Shown here: piece by piece, positions 63,195-64,000 of the stretch
How positions within the stretch are numbered: position 1 is the stretch's first letter
How the letters are laid out: every line of letters begins with the position of its first letter
Assembly: GCA_045565965.1 (NCBI GenBank)
Contig: JBJLEJ010000003.1
Coordinates: 47,949 to 111,948 of the forward strand
Length of the DNA: 64,000 nucleotides
DNA from: Pontiellaceae bacterium
Lineage (GTDB): Bacteria; Verrucomicrobiota; Kiritimatiellia; Kiritimatiellales; Pontiellaceae
Direction: 5' to 3'
The notes under the pieces: model-generated
Seen by the model: only the letters and a program-made list of their open reading frames with translations
What the model was told of the DNA's origin: nothing
Database searches by the model: none
Program-made: the position numbers and the translations under genes

Positions 63195-64000
63195 TTGTAT
63201 AAATTTACTACCATAGTCTTAATTTCAAGCCTTATCTGTTTATGTGCCACTGGTAAGCAAAAACCAAATGTTTTAATGATATGTATCGATGATATGAATG
63301 ATTGGTGTGGTTTCTTGAATGGGCATCCGCAGTCTAAGACTCCTAATATGGATAAGTTAGCAAAGAAGGGTGTAAATTTTACAAATGCACATTGCACATC
63401 TCCCGGTTGTTCACCAAGTCGCAATGCATTGATGTTGGGAGTAGAGCCTCATCGGTCTGGCTTATATCCATTTTATAATTTAAATAAAGTTACAACCGGT
63501 GAGCTTGATCAATATACAACTCCTTTGCCCAAAATGTTTAAAGATCATGGTTATACGACCATTGGAATAACTAAGGTTTATCACAATCCAGATCGATTTT
63601 GGCGAGAGAATGAGCAATGGGATGAATACAAATATTACAGTAATGCGAAATTAAAAAAAATTACAAGTAAGGGCTATCATCCTGAGCCGTTTAATAAAAG
63701 AACAGTAGCATGTCCAGTTAGTAATCCCTTGGAAGATTTTCAAGATTATCTTTCAGCAGAACATGCCGTCGAGGTTTTGAAACGGAATCATGATCAACCG
63801 TTTTTTTTGGCAGTCGGGTTCATTCTTCCTCACACTTCATTTCTAATGCCTGAAGAAAATTGGGATCGTTTTAATTTTCCGATAATAGAACCATACATAA
63901 AACCTGATGATCTCGAGGATATACCAATTGTGGGTCAGGCTAATGCTCAGATTTATGTTGAGCTTCCTGTTCGACGTGATTGCGCGTGGGAAGAAATTAG
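63195..64000 (+). CDS. Sulfatase (S1), 5' part, runs off the window
   Basis: Manual translation from TTG 63195: MYKFTTIVLISSLICLCATGKQKPNVLMICIDDMNDW...KTPNMDKLA...AHCTSPGCSPSR; not in the ORF track. Confidence 0.9.
   Translation, partial: MYKFTTIVLISSLICLCATGKQKPNVLMICIDDMNDWCGFLNGHPQSKTPNMDKLAKKGVNFTNAHCTSPGCSPSRNALMLGVEPHRSGLYPFYNLNKVTTGELDQYTTPLPKMFKDHGYTTIGITKVYHNPDRFWRENEQWDEYKYYSNAKLKKITSKGYHPEPFNKRTVACPVSNPLEDFQDYLSAEHAVEVLKRNHDQPFFLAVGFILPHTSFLMPEENWDRFNFPIIEPYIKPDDLEDIPIVGQANAQIYVELPVRRDCAWEEI

Larger units (their letters stand above)
50290..64000 (+). other. Low-GC sulfated-glycan utilisation island (continues beyond the window)
   Basis: GC falls from about 48% to about 35% in 60-nt spot counts; nine co-oriented, abutting genes. 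Confidence 0.8.

Overview
Bacterial genomic window, most likely from a marine PVC-superphylum organism (Kiritimatiellia/Verrucomicrobiota-like). This is inferred from an SHD1-domain protein, an rpiB-glyA fusion and a sulfatase array; no marker gene proves it. Bases 1-50280 (about 47-50% GC by spot counts) are housekeeping: rne/rng 5' end, mreBCD-mrdA-rodA, ubiD-family decarboxylase, a compact TCA cluster (mdh / sdhCAB-sucCD-gltA), tpx, hisBH, a split biotin cluster (bioF-bioH / mscS / bioC-bioD-bioA, no bioB), ilvD, cinA-N, rluA, ECF sigma, tsaC-LMWPTP-rpiB::glyA, priA, ppiD-fxsA-ubiA-pfkB, ftsB-thiD-nfeD-X-floA, eno, tatD and an ActP-type symporter. From about 50290 to the window end the GC drops to about 35% over a single-strand, translationally coupled island of at least 6 Cys-type sulfatases, an MFS glycoside symporter and two paralogous, unassigned clan GH-A-like hydrolases. 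The best candidates for something new are this island (paired secreted/cytoplasmic GH paralogs, non-canonical sulfatase motifs), a bactofilin-like beta-helix membrane protein inserted in the nfeD-floA operon, a PBP2 with a 100-aa internal tandem duplication, and repeated leaderless promoter architecture. I saw no tRNA, rRNA, CRISPR array or transposase. All calls come from reading the sequence; no searches were run.
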